A DNA stretch of 64,000 nucleotides from Antedon mediterranea (GCF_964355755.1 NC_092678.1:2062422-2126421); one strand, 5' to 3'; positions 50,901-63,853 are shown, counted from the first letter of the stretch. Notes: generated by a model from the sequence alone, not told the origin. A program made the numbers and translations.

Positions 50901-53900
50901 AACATATTGTATACTACTATTAATGCTAAATATTAAAATATTAAATCCAAGATTCCTTACCTTGATGGTTCTGTGAGGCAGAATGCAGCTACATGTTCCC
51001 CTGTCGCAAGCTTGGGTAGGTATTTGCGTTTTTGTTCCTCAGTTCCCGACATAATAATTCCCTATGAGTTTAGAGAAAACAACATAATAACCACATTTAA
51101 AACGTGGAATATTACATATGAAATAAGTACTCTCTCATCCTTGGGAGAGTTAGCCTATATCTGGTTTGTACAGACATTCTGGAATTCAGAATATGTTTAT
51201 ATTGGTAAAATGAATTGTATGGACCTCTAGAAAAGTCTGTTTTTCAAAGATTTTCCTGTTTTAATAAAGTCTCGTGGTATTGGAGGTAATTGATGATTGA
51301 TAATTCATACATTAAATATGTTTTTAGCACACACAAACCAAAACTGCTGTCTAAAGTCATAATTTATCTTTATAATTTCTTTCGCCCTCATCAGAACTTT
51401 TTGTTAGTACTCTTAAATCATCGTGTCCATATAGTCTAGACAGAGCTTTAAATATTACCTTTAAGCCTATAGCTTGATGAGCTGCGAGTGTAACTGCAAT
51501 AGCACCATCGTATGATGTGTATTCTTGTATCTTGGCATATTCAACATTGGAGAGGGCTAAACCACCTTTAAATTAAGCAACAAGTTATAAGTATACAACA
51601 AAAGGCACAATACAAATTACAATGCATTATATACGGTGGTGTTTATTTGCATAAAAAAGGCGTATTATGTTTAATCTACACTATCAGACTTTATGTGACC
51701 ACAAATGTGATGTGCCATATATGGAGACAATGATATATATTTTGGCACATTACACTCTTTTTGTTAAACTAGTTTGATAGAGTAGACAGTCTAGGATACG
51801 TTATGTGGGTGCATGTATGTTTTATTGTTTTTAGTATACAGTCTAATGCAAAAATGCACCATCTTTTAAAATCATGTATCGTTGACGTATAGTAATATTA
51901 GGCCTACTTACCATATTCAAGAGGAATCTGTTGTCCAAACAGACCCATATCTTTCACTTTTTGCATTGTTTTGTCATCAATTTTTGCTGCCAAATCTATT
52001 TCTTTTGAAGGCACTAGAGGAAAAAACACATTTAAAACACATAAAAAAAAAACACATTAAAAAAACTTTCTAAAAAAAAGTTTCTAACAGCAACAATGTT
52101 GATGATAATCTAAAGCTCTGTCTACACTATCAAACTTTGTGCGACCAAAAAAAAATGTTATGTCATATCACTACCATATTTGGGCACATCACTTTTTTTT
52201 TTGTCAAACTAGTTTGATAGTGTAGACAAAGCTTTAGATAGACTGACACTGGACATATTGTGAACAATAGCTGGTGGCGGCACTGTGGCTATTTTTAACT
52301 GACATGCACCTACCTTCTTCTTTGAAAAACTTTTCAATTGGTGCACACAGTTCAGTAATTTCTTGATATTTTTCCACGGACACTTCTGGATAGGGGAAAA
52401 CATCTTCCTAAAATAATAAACACCTAATGCTTTTAATTGCTATGCATCTGCAGTGGTTACAAGAGTAAAAAAATATTCACTTTGACCAAAAATTGGATTT
52501 TAAAAATATTTACAGTACGATAAAAACTCTAATTTAAAGGAAAAAATTCAACCGGAAGTTGAATGCAAAACATTTTTGCCAAAAGTTAATATGACCTTAT
52601 TGAAACTACAAAATGACCATTTCAAAATTTAATTTTATTCATCTTTATTTTTTGGAGTACAATGAAGTTAAGAAAAAAGATTACATTGTAAATGAGATTA
52701 ATTTCTCTACCGTCTACTACTAGACTTTGCCCTTTATGTAAACAGTGGCCATGTGAGTCACACTATCGTTAAAAGTCACAGCCTGGTCATGGGCATGTGA
52801 CTTCTCAAAGTCATTATCAAAGTCAAACAATCACTCAATAGTAGTTAGGTATACTGTATTTCTGTGTTTACTGTAACATTTGTTTGAAATGACAATTATT
52901 TTGTTATTAGGGAGGTTTCGCAACCTTACGAATACAATAACGAAAACGGATACATCATACATTTGTGAAACTTTTGAGCTGATTTACTAAAGTAATTTAC
53001 TAAAATGCCAAGTCAATTTTGATAAATTGCAGTTTTTAAAGTCCTCACTCGCTTTGATGTTACGCTAGGCCTAGGCAGCCAAGCACCAAGCAACACGTAC
53101 CTGCGCTTCACTCAAATTTACCGCAGTCATATTTTGGACGCGCCTCAATATTTCGTTGCCATGCGAAATTGATTTTTTATGGCTTACGAAAACAAATACG
53201 TGTGCGTGACGTATCTGTTTTCGTTATCGTATTCGTAAGATTGCGAAACCTCTCTATTACTTCAGCACTTACGTGTTTGCGTTATTTATTTCCAGTCACT
53301 GTTTAAGAATACTAAAATCTTATTATTTGGGAAAATTATGTTTAAATTTAATATTTTGCTTCAAAGATTATTAAGTACCAGACTAAAGTGTACTTACGTA
53401 TTTTGCATGTCATTTGAGAATACATTTGCATGCTTCTAACATTGCATATCAATTAGGGCAGCAAATTAATGAATAAAATAACTTTTTTGAAAGAAAGTCA
53501 ACCAATTCCAAGTAAATTATCTTTCTTGGCAAAATAATATAATATTACAACAAAATTTTAAATGACCTATGCCTACATAAAATACATAATAGTTGATTAA
53601 AGCCAACTCTTTTGTTTTATTTTAAATTTATGACAAAAATCGCACAAGAAAATGAAAAAAAAAAAAAATAAATAAAAATTCATTGACAAATATCATATTT
53701 CTATTTTGTAAATTGTGCACTGGCAATGGTAGTAAAAACCATTGCAAGACTCGATACATATTTTGTTCAGACATATCATTTTAACAGATGAACCCCCTCC
53801 CTCACCCCCCGGGCCCCAGCCCAGTGCAACCATATTATCCCCAAATATGTGTATTTAAAAAAATAATATATAGGCCTCTAGGCCTATATGCGGCCTTAAA

Positions 53901-54229
53901 AACATTCAGAATATTGCAACATTTAAAATACTGAATTAAAAAGTCTTCAATAAATAAATAAAGTAGTAGGTCTATGTATCAGGATTTATTTTACTAGTAT
54001 TAGCCCTAGGCTCCTGTGTACCTACCTTTATCAACCGGCCCATGAAGAGATTCTTCGCGAACGCCCCTGAGTTTACCGGCGTCCAATGAAACTGCCGAGG
54101 CCTACCCACATGTTGGCGTTGATTAGACGAACATATTAATATTTCGCCATTTTTTAACGCATTTCTACAACCTACATGCTCTATTGTCTTACGCACGCCT
54201 TTTATTGCACTAACATTTCTTGAAAACAT
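44901..54229 (-). CDS. ACAD9: Acyl-CoA dehydrogenase family member 9, mitochondrial (15 coding exons)
   Basis: Approximate exons: 54026-54229, 52315-52407, 51912-52013, 51459-51566, 50961-51062, 50738-50817, 50109-50179, 48394-48496, 47949-48098, 47603-47792, 47105-47313, 46575-46707, 46164-46241, 45498-45699, 44901-45001. Arg-rich presequence, [34 protein letters not shown] and GRFSMG (closer to ACAD9 than ACADVL), [10 protein letters not shown], ending HPLTKEY*. Confidence 0.92.
45378..45480. repeat. Three tandem copies of a unit of about 34 bp
   Basis: aattagctatcccttttttttacctcaatgaccc repeated three times next to an ACAD9 splice donor. Confidence 0.9.
48670..50035 (-). mobile_element. 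5'-truncated CR1/L2-group (Crack-like) LINE in an ACAD9 intron
   Basis: Uninterrupted 375-aa RT ORF 48884-50011 ([53 protein letters not shown]). 3'UTR stem-loop-like segment and (AAAT)n tail at about 48670-48745. Confidence 0.93.
52114..52232. mobile_element. MITE (AGCTCTGTCTACACTATCAAAC TIR), probably Harbinger-type
   Basis: Near-perfect 22-bp TIR with TAA/TTA flanks. Confidence 0.8.
52908..53256. mobile_element. MITE with TIRs of about 45 bp
   Basis: tagggaggtttcgcaaccttacgaatacaataacgaaaac versus gttttcgttatcgtattcgtaagattgcgaaacctctcta. Confidence 0.8.
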
Positions 54230-54320
54230 GTTTTAATATGTCTAAAAAAACACTAAGAGCTAAACAACACCGTCTCACTCGATTCTTGTTTTGAGCATGC
54301 ATGGAAGTATGAATAACCCA

Positions 54321-54479
54321 TTTGGCGTTTCATACTATGTTATGCGCAATTCTAAATTGCGCAAATATTTGTTTGCGCGATGAAAAATAAAATGTTGCTT
54401 TTTTGTTGATTATTACATTTATAAAAATGAATGTATTACGCAAATTCGTTTTTGCGCATAACATATATGAAACGCCAAA
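54321..54479. repeat. Short inverted-repeat element upstream of ACAD9
   Basis: tttggcgtttcatactatgttatgcgcaa versus ttgcgcataacatatatgaaacgccaaa. Confidence 0.75.
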
Positions 54480-55168
54480 AGTGCCGTTGGTTGGATCAAG
54501 ATTTGAAAAGTCAAACTGTATGTATATTGGCCACATTTTAACACAAAATTAATAAGCAATAGACAATGTTACTAAGTATTTATTTGCTACTACATATTAA
54601 AACTAGCACTAATCTAAACAGCAAGCATATTATTAGTTCTACTAGTATAAACAAATCAGATATGCATCATTTTTATTTTCAAATACAAAATACTTAAAAC
54701 AATAATTGTCCAATAAAAAAGATGAAATGTTATTTTATCATGCTAACTATTATTTTTTGTGGGATACTAGTACTCTTAATATTTAGTAAGAACATGATTA
54801 TTTTATATCATTTAAAAGAACAAAGAAATGATCACACAAAAGTGAACCGGAATATATCTTGACACACAATGATTTATTTAAACAATATGGTAGAGTGTGT
54901 CCTATACTCTGACTTGTATACACGGCAGTCATTCAATTAAGTAACACATTTTTATTGCAATACAATCAAAGCTGTATGAAAAGATTTATAATAGTTTTTA
55001 AATAAAGCTAGAGAGATGTTGTTTATTATGACACCAAGCCATTACGCAGGGTATGCGCATAATTTTACTCGACAACTGCGTAGTTGGTAGGTCACTATTA
55101 CACATAAGTCACATTATATAATAGTATTTGCAAAGAGATCATCATAATACTACAGAAAAATGTACACA

Positions 55169-56468
55169 TCACTGTGTCGCCAGAAACGCATAAGTGTCTA
55201 TATCAAGTCCATGGTCCTTAGCTTTATCAGCGAGTACTCGAACAGTTGCATTGTCAGATTCACGATTTTTCCATTTTACCAAACAACTAAATATCTGGTC
55301 CCTTGGTGTGTTAGCATTGCCACTCGCATGAAAGATTTCATTCTCTTTCAATCCAAGACTCCTAATGAAGCTTTTCCAATCTGCGCCCATATTCCCAGCA
55401 AACGTGTTCAGCTGCAATTCAGAAACTCGTTCATCAGGAAAATTTCTATCTTGAACTGAAGTGGAGTAAGGTAAATCTCTATTCATTGGTGTTGGTGAAT
55501 CTGTATTATCTCGACTCGACACTAAAAATTAAAAAAAATTATATTAATTGTTAAAAAGAGCTGTGAATTGTAACATAACTGTAACATTCTGATCTCCTCT
55601 GAGTTTCTTTAGCTTACAACTTATTGGATGTGGGTATAAATGTATAGGCCATTCAGCCGTATTGCCCAGAATGGTGTTGACATTCTTTTTCTGCCAGTGA
55701 TTATCTCGTCACTGGTAGAAATCGCATCAACAACATCTGCTGGTAGGTTATTCCAGTACTCGATAGCTGAACAAATTTAGACCTTTTTGCATAGATGGTG
55801 TGTATAGCTTAAATGTATGACTTTGATGTTTGAAAACTGCAACAGCATGTGGAATTACTAAGAACCATATATTTAGTCTGGCAACACAATTTGTTTACTT
55901 TGTTGTTGGGTTTAATGTGAATAATCATATACAAGCGCTTTGTGGTGAAAGTTAGTTGAACTCCTCTATTAGGGCTCCCTCTTCTAAGACGACGTCCCTT
56001 AAAAGGGGATCAGTTATTGAGTCCCAAAGATGTCCCCTTAACAGGTGATCCTTTCCTGTATTATTACCTAAATATTAAATTATTATTTTCCAATATAGCA
56101 GGAAGGGGAGTGTGGGCGTGGGGGTTAGTTCTTATGTACAGAATCGACAAACTGTATAAAATACCTTGATTTGGAAACTTCATTGGTTGTGGATCCTGAA
56201 GTTTTTTATTTACAAAATGATAGAGCGGGTCTTCCATTTCTTTCAGCGCTTTTAGAAAACTTGGAAATGCATTTGGCCCTTTTGTCGGCAAAGTGTCGAG
56301 AAAATACTCATTCTTTTTCATTTTTGTTGGTTTGGATTCGATGATCTCAGAATCTTCACTTGTCATTACACTATCCTGTATCATGTAGTTTATCAACATA
56401 TCTGTTGGTAAATCTGACACTAACCGCACTCTGTTACTAAGTAGAAGATATTTGTGCTGATCGTCCAT
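55169..56468 (-). CDS. CARD + death domain adaptor, CRADD/RAIDD-like, 218 aa
   Basis: Exon 56165-56468 encodes a CARD (LLSNRVRLVSDL..KNEYFLDTLPTKGPNAFPSFLKAL) and splices in phase 1 to exon 55169-55521, a death domain (MGADWKSFIRSLGL..QIFSCLVKW..ATVRVL). Probable non-coding first exon near 57106-57200. Confidence 0.85.
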
Positions 56469-58415
56469 TATGAGAATGTTTTTTTGAAATCTGTAAAAGC
56501 AATTTAAAAAGAAAACTCTAGTATTAGTAAAAGTTCATCAGTTAATATTATTATTCTTTAGGCCTAGTAGTAGGCTAGATTTGTTTAGCTATGGCTAGCT
56601 AGTACTACTATCCTACTATACTACCTACCAGATTTAGGGCTTACATTTGTTTAAAATAGAATATTCGATTCATACAATTTCACTCAGACCAGAAGCACTC
56701 CACTGCCTTTTTACTTTATTTTTTTAGTGATTAAAACTCGTAAGAGAGGGGCCTACCTAGCCCTGCTTTGTAGCGGCGCTACAACTGTGGTTTCTTATTA
56801 TTTAGGTGGCCTAGCTATGCTAAAACAAATTTAAAAGGCTAGGCCTAGTGTCGTGGACAGTCAGTGGTGTACAGAGTGTCACTGTGTCAGTGACGTGTGT
56901 AAGCCCCTCCCCAACAATTGACAAACAAAAAGGTTAGCCTAGAGGCTAGCTAAGCTTAAATTAGGTTAGGCTAGGACCAGGCCTAATAGGCTAGCTAAGT
57001 AAGCTGTCTACTATTCATGCCTAGCCTATTCAACTTCTATGATGAGGTTAATAAGTACTAACTTTTATATATCTATAATTAAAAATAAACAAGTTCCTAG
57101 GCCTACTTGGTAGCTAGGCCCAGCTTCCACTCGCGTGTATTACTGCTTTGTTGTGTGAAACGCCGCGGCGATGTCTGTTTAGTCCGCCCCGCCGGTACTT
57201 CTTTCCCCGTCTTTTTCCTTTTTCCAGCTCAGTTCCGACACGTCCACCCCGCCTTCGTTTTTGACGACCAAACAAATAGAGGGCGCATCATATGAGGGGC
57301 CATAGTGGCAAAAATATTCAATAAGCACTCATTTCGTCATATCGACATTGACATAACCATTTTAAGTTGTTTTGCGGCAACAAGGTTGTTACAATTTTCG
57401 CACCTTTCAACTATAAAAGCAAATATTAGTCTAAACCAAATCAGTCTGAGCCCAGATTATTAAATAAAGGCACCTTTTACCACAACGATTTAAACAGAAA
57501 AAAAAATACAACCAGATATTGTGTAGTTTATTCAATAAAAAGTAAACAAATTATTTATTAAAGAATTGGCTGTGGAATCGTTAAAATGATTGTAATGTTT
57601 TAATTTATAGGCCTATGGGATGGGAGAGTTTCCTATCTATGGATAATAGTCATACTTCAAATATGGCCGGCTGACAACATGTCTTGTATGTGGTAGAGTT
57701 GGTATGCAAAACCCCAGAAGATTGTACTCTTCAACGATGGCTGAGAAATAAAAAATGCCGTTGAAAAATACTGATAAAGTAAGCCTCTTCAATTGTGTCC
57801 TTTATTATGAATGCACGAGCCTCGTCATATTACTGGTTTTATAATCTACAGACAATCTTCTTGCCGTCCCTGTCACTAAAAAGGTTTTGGAGACGATACG
57901 TTCTAAACTACGAATAGAATATTTGACCAGGCTCTTCTATAAGTGTATTACTTTAAGAAACACTTAACAATTCACTTGTTTCTGAAGTAGTGCTTTTTAA
58001 AATGCATATCTTATAATATGTAAGCCGAATTTTTGTAGAGTGCTGTTTTGTAGAGTGCTTTGACCTTTCTTTGAAAAGGTGCTTTATAAATAACTGATAT
58101 TGATTCCATCATAATTTCTAGCCATATACAACGTAACTGGCCTAATTGCAACCATTTCGTCTGACCCCATGCCCCGAAAGCTCACAGTCAACAACACCAG
58201 CAAATGAATATTCCATTCGTTGACATGATAAATAATAAATGTTAGGTTATGATTAATAAAATAAATAAAAACAGTTTCCATTCCTGCAATAATACAAAAA
58301 AAACATAGAAAGTTTATACAAAAAATATGTTTATTTAAGGATAAACAAACTATGGCGATTTAGAGATGTTTTACAAGAAAAAGAGAACTTACTGGATTGA
58401 ACCCGGATCTGGTGT

Positions 58416-61400
58416 CTATATAGGCCCAGGGAAACAGGCACTATAGTCACAATGGGAACCCCTGAAAATATTAATATTTGAAAACATGAAGATATGACGA
58501 ATATCAAGAAAATAATGTATACAAGTTTAGCGTATTTTTCTATCGGAATTAACTTACCTTTTTGGAAATTCCGCTTTCTCTATCCCTGGGAGATAGAAGG
58601 GATATGATACCGGCTCAGATGGAGGATCACAAGTACAAAATGCACATCCGCCGACTATTTGAACACCGTCATCAGAAATTAACACTTCTTTGGAATTGAA
58701 CGATCTTGCGTAGCAATTACCAACTGTCAAAAAAAGCATAATACTATACATCTCATGCACATTCTGAATTGAAATAACATGACTGTAAGCAATTACGAAT
58801 CTTGATCAAATTTAATGAATATACCTGGAGTTATAAACCAGACATACATATACAAATAAAATTATTATTTATAATAGCAATTTACGTACCTTCACAAATT
58901 GGACATCTACAGAAATCGAAATAAAATGGTTCAACGCATTCGTTGTTCACAAAACAATCGGGTTGTTTGATGCACACTCTTTCATTTTCAGAGCGGATAC
59001 AGAAGCAATCGTTGGCGCATTCTGGGAGATCATCATAAGTTTCTACGATTTGTTCTTCTTCAAACCCATGGCACACGCAGTTAGAGTAGTCGCAGGTGGC
59101 TTTTCTGCCGGAGTAAATCAGTGACAATTGAGGGTAAATGTTCTAGAAATTCGGCATGCAGGACGGTTAAATATCTCTTAGTTATTTGAATACTACTGGA
59201 ACAGAGCCAAATGTATGACTCTGATTGGAAGTAGAACCCCCTCTTTTGTGACGCCCCTATTCAAGGGACACATCTGTTGAAGGGATACTTTTCTATACTG
59301 CGGTCAACACCTTTTCATAGGACACTCTGTCGGGCCCTGTAGGTGTGGTAACTGTAGTTACTGTACTTTATTATTGCTTGCGTTTTTTATAGGTGGATGC
59401 AAGAGAAAGAACCCGGTCAGGGCGCCACTACATAACAAACGACAGCTAGAATTTAAAAACAGCACAATATCGTGGATCTGCCACGGTGTACTTCACCCGC
59501 CAATACTAGGCCAACTACTAAACCAGTACTATACTTCTGGAGTACATGAATGTAGTCGCATTATTTAAAATAAAAACCCTTATACCAAATCCCATACCGT
59601 TTGGGAAGTTCAGGGCGACTGTCGTCATATGTAATTTGTGTGACATAAGGTTCGCATGTACACACTGCGCAGCCAACATCCTGGGGACCGTCGTCTGGTA
59701 TTAAAACTTCTTCATCTTCATAATTTATAGCGTAGCAGTCACTAACTAGAGAATATTAGACAAGAAGAAATATTATTATCGCGTTCATTTAAGAGAGACA
59801 CACCTTGTTTAATGCTTTTGTCTCTACTCGACTTCGTGTCTTGTGCTTCATATATATGTATATTTCTATGTTTTGTAATTATTATTTCATGTCTATTGCC
59901 GAAATGAATAAAAATAAAATAAGTTATATTCGCACGAGAGATGACATCGAAAGCAAAAATAAACGGTACGGGTGATTCACATTTACAATAATGTGTTTCT
60001 GGGTTTTAAAGACATACCTTGATTTTGACAGGACGGACATCCACATTCAATGACTGGGTTGTGACATACGTTGGTGAGCTCACATGGTGGAAAGTTGATG
60101 CACAGTTCATAGGGCCCATTCTCTTTAACACAGAAGCAGCCAAATGTGCATACTGGAAAATCGCTACTAGTTGCCAATACTCTTGACTCTTCATAACCAT
60201 AACATGGACAGTTGGAATAATCACAAGTTGATGTCCTGTTGTTAAAACAGTTTTGTTTTTCATTTTGTAAGTGTCACTAGTCTACACTCCGAGTTTGTCA
60301 GAAAAGTTTTCCGACGTTTGCCAGTGTGGACCAGTTGGCAAACTTCAGCAAACATAGAAAACAAGTTTGCAGAAATCTACACTAGCATACTTTAGTTTGA
60401 AAACAGAAATTCAGTAAACTTTACTATTGTAGACAAGGTTGTAAGCCTACCATAATCTGCAGTAGCAAACATTAATTTGTAAATTTTAGACCAATTGACA
60501 AACTTCAGAAAAATAGTTTGCAAAAAGAAAATAGACAATGCACCTTTTTGAATTGACAAACTATAGTTTGCTGGAGTTTGTCAACTTTCAATCCCTAAAA
60601 GGTAATATGTGCGAATATATAATTGTTTTAATGATGTGAACAATTTGTTTTACTACCTTGGAGGTACGGATCCGCCACCACCAAAAGCAATAAATGGTAT
60701 TGAATGACGGTCACATGTGCACACGGCACATCCAACATCTTGTGGGCCATCGGCGGATATCACAACTTCTTTATTTTCAAATGATTTGGCTAAACAGTCT
60801 CCATCTAAATTATGATAGAAGCAAACGTTATACTATGCTAATTGGTCTATTGCAAATTCGGATCGAGCAACTTTTGAAAGGTAACATTCTCTCTCTATCA
60901 ACATTGAGACAACCAATATTTGTCCATTTAACTAGAAATTCGTTTCTCTGCTCGTGGAGTAGACAGCCACATAAAATATGGAAATAATATCCAGGATCCA
61001 GTAAGATCTAAAAGAGCCTTTTTCTTCCTGCTTACGGTCTTTTTGTCTTGTTTTTAACGATTTCCCTTAAATTCTACATGCTTTGATAAGCCACGTAAAG
61101 TAAAACAATATCTAATTAAGGTACAACACGATCTAAACAGAGTTATTTACCTCCTTCACAGAATGGACAGCCACAGACTTGTGTAGGTTGAAGACACTTG
61201 TTAGTTATTTCGCATGGAGCTGGGTCAACACACAACACAGCATTTGCAGATCGAATGCAGAAACAACCGAACGTACACGCTGGGATATCAGCGCCAGTAT
61301 CGTATACTTGAGACTCATCGTAGCCATGGCACGCACATTGCGAAAAGTCACACGTTGCCTCTCTGACAAACGGAAAAACAAGACGACTAAATCAGTTAAA

Positions 61401-63853
61401 CATTTCGATGACAGAACATTCTTATTTAGCAACACGCTCTAGAGTGTGCAGAAACCAATAAAACAAACAACAAACAAAGATTTAGAAAATCCAACCTTAC
61501 CTCTTTGGCAGTTCTGGTATATTGTAAGGAGGTAGGCCCAATAAAATGGGCGCATCAGGCTCTTGGCACGTGCATACAGCGCATCCTACATGTTGAGGAC
61601 CATCATCCGATATCAAAACCTCTTCTCCATTTTCTAAGTGGGCAACACAATTGCCATCTGTGATCGAATAAAAAAAAATGGTATAGAATAAAGTTTAAAA
61701 CTGTCTGAATTTGAAAAAAAAAAGTATTTATACAAAATTGAAAAAGGATCTTAAGTGTGAAACCTACCTTCACAGTATGGGCATCCACAGAAACTTGGTT
61801 CTGGGTCCTGACACTTGTTACTTACAGCACATGGAGATCCGTCTATACATAGAGTTTTATCTTCAGAACGGATGCAGAAACATCCAAATGTGCATTCTGG
61901 GATATCAGCAATTGTGTCGTATATTCGTTCGTCATCAACTCCTTGGCAGATGCATTGAGAGTAGTCACACGTGGCTCTTCTGTATAAATATGATAAAGCA
62001 ACAATTTAGAGAACAATAAAATTATGACAACTAATAATGAAGTTTATGAAAATAAATACTCGTCAGAATTTTCCTATAGGCATACAGTTGGAAAGATCTC
62101 ATTCTCTATCCTATTAGTTAGAATGCAATTTAAAAACAGACCAATTATATCAATAAACCACTCTTAAAATTATATAGCGAACTCGGTTCTGTTTTCTAAG
62201 ATGGAAAATATAAAAGAGCTTGTGAATATTGTACGCCCAGTTAAAAAAAAATATATTAGAGAAAACTTAGTAAAATCCCTTTAAATTTGGATAAATCTAT
62301 AATTAAATACATGTGTTGTAAGAAATCAAGAGATAGTATTATCATTACCTTGGTGAAACGTCTGGAATGACTGTTCCCGGGGTAAAGAATGGAAAGACTA
62401 TTGGTGGAATAGCCGCCTCACACGTGCACACTGCGCAGTCAACTTGCTGAGAACCTCTATCGGATATCAGTACTTCCTCTCCTTCGTACGTTTTGGCAAA
62501 ACAGTCTCCATCTGTATCGACATAGATGTAAGTGAATAATCGTAAATATTATTCGAGTGTTTTAAAGATATTATTCTTTAAAAATTTCGTGATAGAGTTA
62601 TTACATTTTCAGACAAAATCTTGTCGAAATCTAAAATAAAAGAAATATCAATTTGTTGGAAAAAAATATTGAAGTGGAAATAGAAAAAAAAGTACCTTCA
62701 CAGACTGGACATCCACAGGCACTCTCTTCTGGATGCTGGCATATATTACTAACAAGACAAGGAGCAGGGTCTATACATAAGGTTTGGTCTTCAGACCGGA
62801 TGCAGAAACAACCAAATGTGCATTTTGGGATATCATTAATTGTTTCATACACAAGTTCTTCATCAAACCCTTGACAGACACATCGAGAGTAGTCACATGT
62901 CGCTTTTCTGTTTTAAAAAAATACAGAAACAATAAGATCATTATTAGACATTAGTATTTGGAATGATCTCTCTTTACAAGAACAGTAAAACTGCCTCAAT
63001 TGTTTTCCTATTAAATATGAATTTTCCAATGTGAATGTCCTCTTTAACAGCTTAGTAAACCTTATTGGTAGTGATCTTCATTTTTATAAGTCTTCTAAAT
63101 TTCTGTCTCCACTATCAAACTAGTTTTACAAAAAAAATTTAATGTGCCCAATTACAAATTTCGTGATATGCCCAAATAGGGTAGTGATATGACATCATCA
63201 TGTCCATATATCGGCACACATCACACTTTTTTGTCACATAAACTTTGATAGTGTAAACAGAGCTTAAGTTGTTTTAAACACTAAATATGGTATATACTGT
63301 AAATAATATGCTAGAGAATCAAGACGTGATATTTAATTATTACCTTGGTGGTACTGCTGGAATTGCTATTCCCGTTATAAAGATTGGTAAGTCTATTGGT
63401 GCAGAAGCCGCCTCGCACGTGCAAACTGCGCAATCAAGTTGCTGAGGACCGTTATCTGATATCAAAACTTCTTCTCCTTCATACGTTTTAGCAAAACAAT
63501 CTCCATCTATATCAAGATAAGTGTAGCATTCTTAGGCACGATCGTATCTAAACCTCAATGTCAAGTTTTGTTTAATTACAACAATAAAAAAAACAATTAT
63601 TATTGGAAATAAAATGTTGAAAAAACTTAAGGCAAAAATACCTTCACAGACTGGACATCCACAGGCACCCTCTTCTGGATGTTGACATATATTACTAACA
63701 AGACAAGGAGCAGGGTCTATACATAAGGTTTGGTCTTCAGACCGGATGCAGAAACAACCAAATGTGCATTCTGGTATATCAGCAATTTTGTCATATATAA
63801 GTGCTTCATCAAATCCGTTACAAGCACACCGCGAGTAATCACACGTCGCTTTT
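58416..63853 (-). CDS. Modular cysteine-rich repeat protein (VWC-like modules), 5' end outside the window
   Basis: Type B exons: 63642-63853, 62696-62907, 61768-61979, 61151-61362, 60018-60235, 58890-59104. Type A exons: 63344-63506, 62349-62511, 61501-61657, 60657-60804, 59598-59745, 58558-58723. Terminal exon 58416-58461 encodes (R)GSHCDYSACFPGPI*. Boundaries are GT-AG with alternating intron phases. Confidence 0.85.
63100..63264. mobile_element. MITE (AGCTCTGTCTACACTATCAAAC family)
   Basis: ctgtctccactatcaaac..tttgatagtgtaaacagagct, with the same body as the copies at 24959 and 52114. Confidence 0.75.

Noticed and set aside
44901-54229. Calling the dehydrogenase ACADVL
   Set aside because: [19 protein letters not shown] and GRFSMG match ACAD9 rather than ACADVL (PPEKKMGIKASN, GRFGM).
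9209-54229. U12-type or GC-AG introns in XPOT, RPL18A or ACAD9
   Set aside because: All boundaries I read were ordinary GT-AG with no U12 donor consensus.
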